Shown: piece by piece, positions 60,735 to 64,000 of the stretch
Position numbering within the stretch: position 1 is the stretch's first letter
Layout: every line of letters starts with the position of its first letter
DNA from: Myxococcota bacterium
Lineage (GTDB): Bacteria > Myxococcota_A > Bradymonadia > UBA7976 > UBA1532
Reading direction: 5' to 3'
Assembly (NCBI GenBank): GCA_036337435.1
Contig: JAYZEG010000063.1
Span: 37,991-101,990 of the forward strand
Length of the DNA stretch: 64,000 nucleotides
The notes under the pieces: model-generated
Database searches by the model: none
What the model saw: only the letters and a program-made list of their open reading frames with translations
What the model was told of the DNA's origin: nothing
Translations under genes and position numbers: made by a program

Positions 60735-62603
60735 TCATCCACATGGTGGAATAAAGCAAACCTTAGGCTCGAAAGAACTGGGTGGAGGGCCGTCATCACA
60801 ACTTTCGGCAATGGCGAGGTCTGGAGCCCACTGCCATTCGTTCAACTGAATTTCTCCAATGTGCTCGGCGAGTCCACATTGATTGTATGCACGGACTTCG
60901 GCGCGTTTCACTGTTCGGGTTGTTTGGCGATAGAACATACCGACACGATTTCGTGGAATGGTGCCACCAAAATCGCGTACGGTGCGGAAACTTTCAGACG
61001 TAGACCAAGTGGACTCTTCTGACTCGCTGATCCCCTCGCTCACCAAATTCGAATCGCTTGCGCTGCCGGAGAAATTCCATGTTCGGCCATTTTCGCGCGC
61101 GGTCCTGTCCTCCAATTCTCGAGTCCGGGCTCTCGATAAGGCGAACGAGCCATCTATAGTCTGAGACTGACCATCGGTGACCGTCGAGCCAAATCCAGTG
61201 CTCTCATCGGTGGACCCATTCATACTGTGGCCACGGCTTGTTTCGTTGGTTCGACTCACGCCATTATCCCAAGCGGTCGCCCCGCCCGCTCGAACGCCAA
61301 CCGAGGTCGATGCCCGACCGGTCGCCTTGGCAAAACCTGGAACGCTGCCTTCGGCAGACATACCCACCGTGTTGCGCACACTGCCATCGCCGTATAGCCG
61401 GTTTACTCGGTTCTGATATTCCGTGTTACTCTCGCCTTCTCTACGCGACCAGCCCCAGGTTTCGCCGTCGCTGGTGTTCACGCTGACTCGGTTTGCCTCA
61501 CTGGCGTTGTAGGAAATACCGTACGAGTCTTGGGTTTTTTCAGTCTCTGACTCCGAGCCTCCCAGACTTTGCGAAAAACTTTCACCGGTGGTGATGCCTT
61601 CTTGGAATGATTGCGTGTTGGTCATGCCGTTGCTCACCGACCAATTGCCGCTGATGGATACGCTTACGCTTCGCTGGCGACTTTCTGTTTTGCTTTCTCG
61701 ATATCGAACTCGCGTACCAATACTGCCTGGAATGCAACCAGACACCGGTACGGGCGCATAACGCTCAGCAATTTCAGCTCGTTTAGACAGCATCAGCACT
61801 TCGATGGGTCGATGCACGGTCATCGGAAGAGCTGTTTCGATGCGTCTTCCCTCAGCGTCTTCGGCGATGACGCGAATCCCCGTTGCATAAAATTGTTCCT
61901 GGTCGTCGATTTGATTGAAAATGATCGGCTCGTTGTCGCCGATAGCATCCCGGTCAACCGGGGCATCGAATTCGTTGATATACTCGACCGTGCCAGGCGC
62001 CCCGTTGATTCGATCCAACTTGTAGATGAAACGAACCGGCTTGTGTCCAACGGCCCGCACTTGCAGTCGATAGGCAAGGCCTGGCAGCGCACGGAGAGCA
62101 GGGTTTCCACATGCCGCGTCGATGGGCTGAAATTCTTCGATGATCACCGATGGTGCAATGGTCAGGGCGACGTTGCGCGTCGTATGTGTCTCCTCACTCT
62201 GGCCCGGTTGGGTTTCCACAGCCAAGGTGACTTGTCCCTCGAAGCGTCCTGGTCTGTCATTCGCGCTAAACGGATTGCCGAATGGTCCAAATCGGTTCAG
62301 TCTCAAAACCTGGTAATCATTGCCGTCGATTTCAACATCACCGTCTAGAATGACCGCTTGATTGACCAACACGTTTTCAACTTCGCCCAGGTCATTGTAG
62401 AAGAGCCCTTCGAAGGTGAGCCGATAGCCGAAACCGTCCGTATTTACGTTGCGTGTATAGACTTCGACCGTTTGACCGATGACCAGTTCATGGCTCGAAA
62501 AGCCGATTTCAGTTGATGCAGGGTCGGAGATTCCATCATCTGAGCAGCCGACTATGAGCCCTGTCGCCAAAGCCAGTGTCACTATACGTCGTATCGTTCG
62601 CAT
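60735..62603 (-). CDS. Lipoprotein with giant Ser/Thr-rich hairpin in an aerolysin-like frame (paralogue B)
   Basis: GGAG RBS, lipobox LIVGC; 252-aa S/T/G-rich tract (60954-61709) centred on EGSVPGFAK; Cys-containing flanks. Confidence 0.8.
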   Translation of the reverse strand: MRTIRRIVTLALATGLIVGCSDDGISDPASTEIGFSSHELVIGQTVEVYTRNVNTDGFGYRLTFEGLFYNDLGEVENVLVNQAVILDGDVEIDGNDYQVLRLNRFGPFGNPFSANDRPGRFEGQVTLAVETQPGQSEETHTTRNVALTIAPSVIIEEFQPIDAACGNPALRALPGLAYRLQVRAVGHKPVRFIYKLDRINGAPGTVEYINEFDAPVDRDAIGDNEPIIFNQIDDQEQFYATGIRVIAEDAEGRRIETALPMTVHRPIEVLMLSKRAEIAERYAPVPVSGCIPGSIGTRVRYRESKTESRQRSVSVSISGNWSVSNGMTNTQSFQEGITTGESFSQSLGGSESETEKTQDSYGISYNASEANRVSVNTSDGETWGWSRREGESNTEYQNRVNRLYGDGSVRNTVGMSAEGSVPGFAKATGRASTSVGVRAGGATAWDNGVSRTNETSRGHSMNGSTDESTGFGSTVTDGQSQTIDGSFALSRARTRELEDRTARENGRTWNFSGSASDSNLVSEGISESEESTWSTSESFRTVRDFGGTIPRNRVGMFYRQTTRTVKRAEVRAYNQCGLAEHIGEIQLNEWQWAPDLAIAESCDDGPPPSSFEPKVCFIPPCG

Positions 62604-62612
62604 TAGACTCTC

Positions 62613-64000
62613 CTAGCCATCACAGGGGGGAATGTAGCAGCGTGCTGCCGGCAGCTTAGACTCGGGTGGCTCGATGCTACAGTCGTCTCCGATAGCCAAG
62701 TCTGGTGCCCACTCCCACTCGTTGAATTGAAGCTCGCCCGCATGAGTGGCTAGCCCGCAAAGGTCGTACGTTCGGACTTCTGCACGCCGGACGAATCGAC
62801 TCGTTTGCCGATAGAACATGCCGACCTTGGTCCGAGGAATCCGACCGCTGTAACTCTGGCTGGTCGTCAAACTTTCCGATGTCTGCCAAGTACTTGATTC
62901 CGCTTCGCTCATCCCTTCACTCACAGTCTCACTTTGCGAGAGGCCCTCGCCAAAGCTCCAAGTCCTCGATTCGCTTCTCGCCGTGGTGTCATTGAAGCGT
63001 CGTTGTCTTGAATTGCTGAGTGCATATGACCCACTCATGCTCTGACTTTCACGCTCGGAGGTCGTTGTACCGTAACTGCGTGTCTCATCGCGGCTACCGC
63101 CCATGCTGTAGCCGGATTCCCGCGACACGCGGGCCCGTGTCCCATTGGTTCCAGCGGTGCTGGTGCCTGCCGTCACCCCGACGGTTGTTTCTGTGCTGCC
63201 TGTCACCTTCGCAAAACCTGGAACTGACCCTTCTGCAGATGCACCGACCGTCCCTGACCAACTGCCCTCACCGAAGACCATGTTCATTCGGCTTTCATAG
63301 TCTTCGTTGCTCTCACCTTCATTGACATTCCAGCCCCAGGTTTCACCATCACGTGTGCTGAAATTGACGTCGTTTGCCGTATTTCGGGAAAAACTGACGC
63401 CCATAGTCTCTTGACTGGTCGACCCTTCCCATTCTGAGCCACCTAAGCTCTGGCTTACGCTTTCGCCCACGCTCACACCGTCTCGGAGCATTTCAGAGAC
63501 GCTGCGTCCAGAGCTGCGTTTCCAGTCGGAACTGACGGTCATCCGCACACTCCGTTGCTTTGTTTCCGTGCGGCTCTCTTCGTAGCTCACCTCCGCGCCG
63601 ATCGTTCCGGGAATGCAACCGGACACAGGCTCAGGCTCGTAGATTTGTGCCAATTCTTGCTCGCCGTTAAAACGCACCTCGATCGGGCGATGGACCGTCA
63701 GTGGAATGGCCGTCTCGACAGACCGTCCATTGTCATCCATGGCGATGATGCGGACATCGGTCACGTAGAACTGAACATCCTCTTTGACCGGGTTGAAGAT
63801 GATGGCTTCTTCGCGACCCAGCACATCCGTTGCGACGGGGTTGCCCGTTCCGAATTCGTGAACGATCCGAGTCAGGCCTTCGTTTGCGCCAATTTGACTC
63901 AATTCGTAAATAAACTTCGTGGGCTGAATACCTGTCGCTCTGACCTGAAGTTGATAAGCCAGGCCCGCCAAAGCTCTCGGGGCTGGAGAGGCACATTCGG
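62613..64000 (-). CDS. Tandem paralogue A of the giant-hairpin protein (5' part outside the window)
   Basis: Frame stays open to the window edge (ECASPAPRALAG matches ACGNPALRALPG of B); shares VHRPIEV, PVSGCIPG, DGETWGW, AEGSVPGFAK, VGMFYRQT, QxNEWxWAPDLAI, CxIPPC. Confidence 0.88.
   Translation of the reverse strand, partial: ECASPAPRALAGLAYQLQVRATGIQPTKFIYELSQIGANEGLTRIVHEFGTGNPVATDVLGREEAIIFNPVKEDVQFYVTDVRIIAMDDNGRSVETAIPLTVHRPIEVRFNGEQELAQIYEPEPVSGCIPGTIGAEVSYEESRTETKQRSVRMTVSSDWKRSSGRSVSEMLRDGVSVGESVSQSLGGSEWEGSTSQETMGVSFSRNTANDVNFSTRDGETWGWNVNEGESNEDYESRMNMVFGEGSWSGTVGASAEGSVPGFAKVTGSTETTVGVTAGTSTAGTNGTRARVSRESGYSMGGSRDETRSYGTTTSERESQSMSGSYALSNSRQRRFNDTTARSESRTWSFGEGLSQSETVSEGMSEAESSTWQTSESLTTSQSYSGRIPRTKVGMFYRQTSRFVRRAEVRTYDLCGLATHAGELQFNEWEWAPDLAIGDDCSIEPPESKLPAARCYIPPCDG

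Noticed and set aside
61611..62348. 245-aa plus-strand ORF
   Set aside because: Antisense to the lipoprotein whose frame is supported by paralogue conservation
60735..64000. Assembly duplication as the source of the two paralogues
   Set aside because: Only short nucleotide identities are shared and protein divergence is substantial, indicating an old duplication
1..64000. tRNA, rRNA, CRISPR arrays, transposases, integrases, prophage
   Set aside because: None recognised by eye and intergenic spaces are short; tRNAscan-SE/Infernal would be needed to exclude small RNAs formally

Overview
Gene-dense chromosomal window from a Gram-negative bacterium. Gene content suggests a Myxococcota/Bradymonadia-like deltaproteobacterium (inference from the split F0 operon atpZ-atpI-atpB-atpE, short EF-Ts, Hanks kinase, PEGA/TPR/Cys-rich lipoproteins and CTGAAC-N4-GTTCAG-type SOS boxes). 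Housekeeping genes: pepA, rqcH, gyrA, hemL, atpZIBE, pilD, frr-pyrH-tsf-rpsB, gshA, cinA-thpR-recA and ppsR. I saw no rRNA, tRNA, CRISPR array or mobile element. Two loci stand out. (1) 32.6-38.4 kb: a predicted trans-envelope electron conduit made of a cNMP-domain/4x[4Fe-4S]/di-heme-b membrane fusion, a 30-CxxCH cytochrome c and a translationally coupled outer-membrane beta-barrel. (2) 60.7-64 kb: two tandem paralogues (the complete one is a lipoprotein). Each has an aerolysin-like frame holding a 252-residue Ser/Thr/Gly-rich tract that is symmetric about one internal proline and aligns between paralogues without gaps, suggesting a two-component, very long beta-barrel pore or needle. Smaller findings include an apparently inactive GH99-like lipoprotein, an inactive 2H phosphoesterase in the cinA-recA operon, twin SOS boxes at recA and a structured atpB-atpE spacer. 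All calls come from motif reading only; no database search was run.
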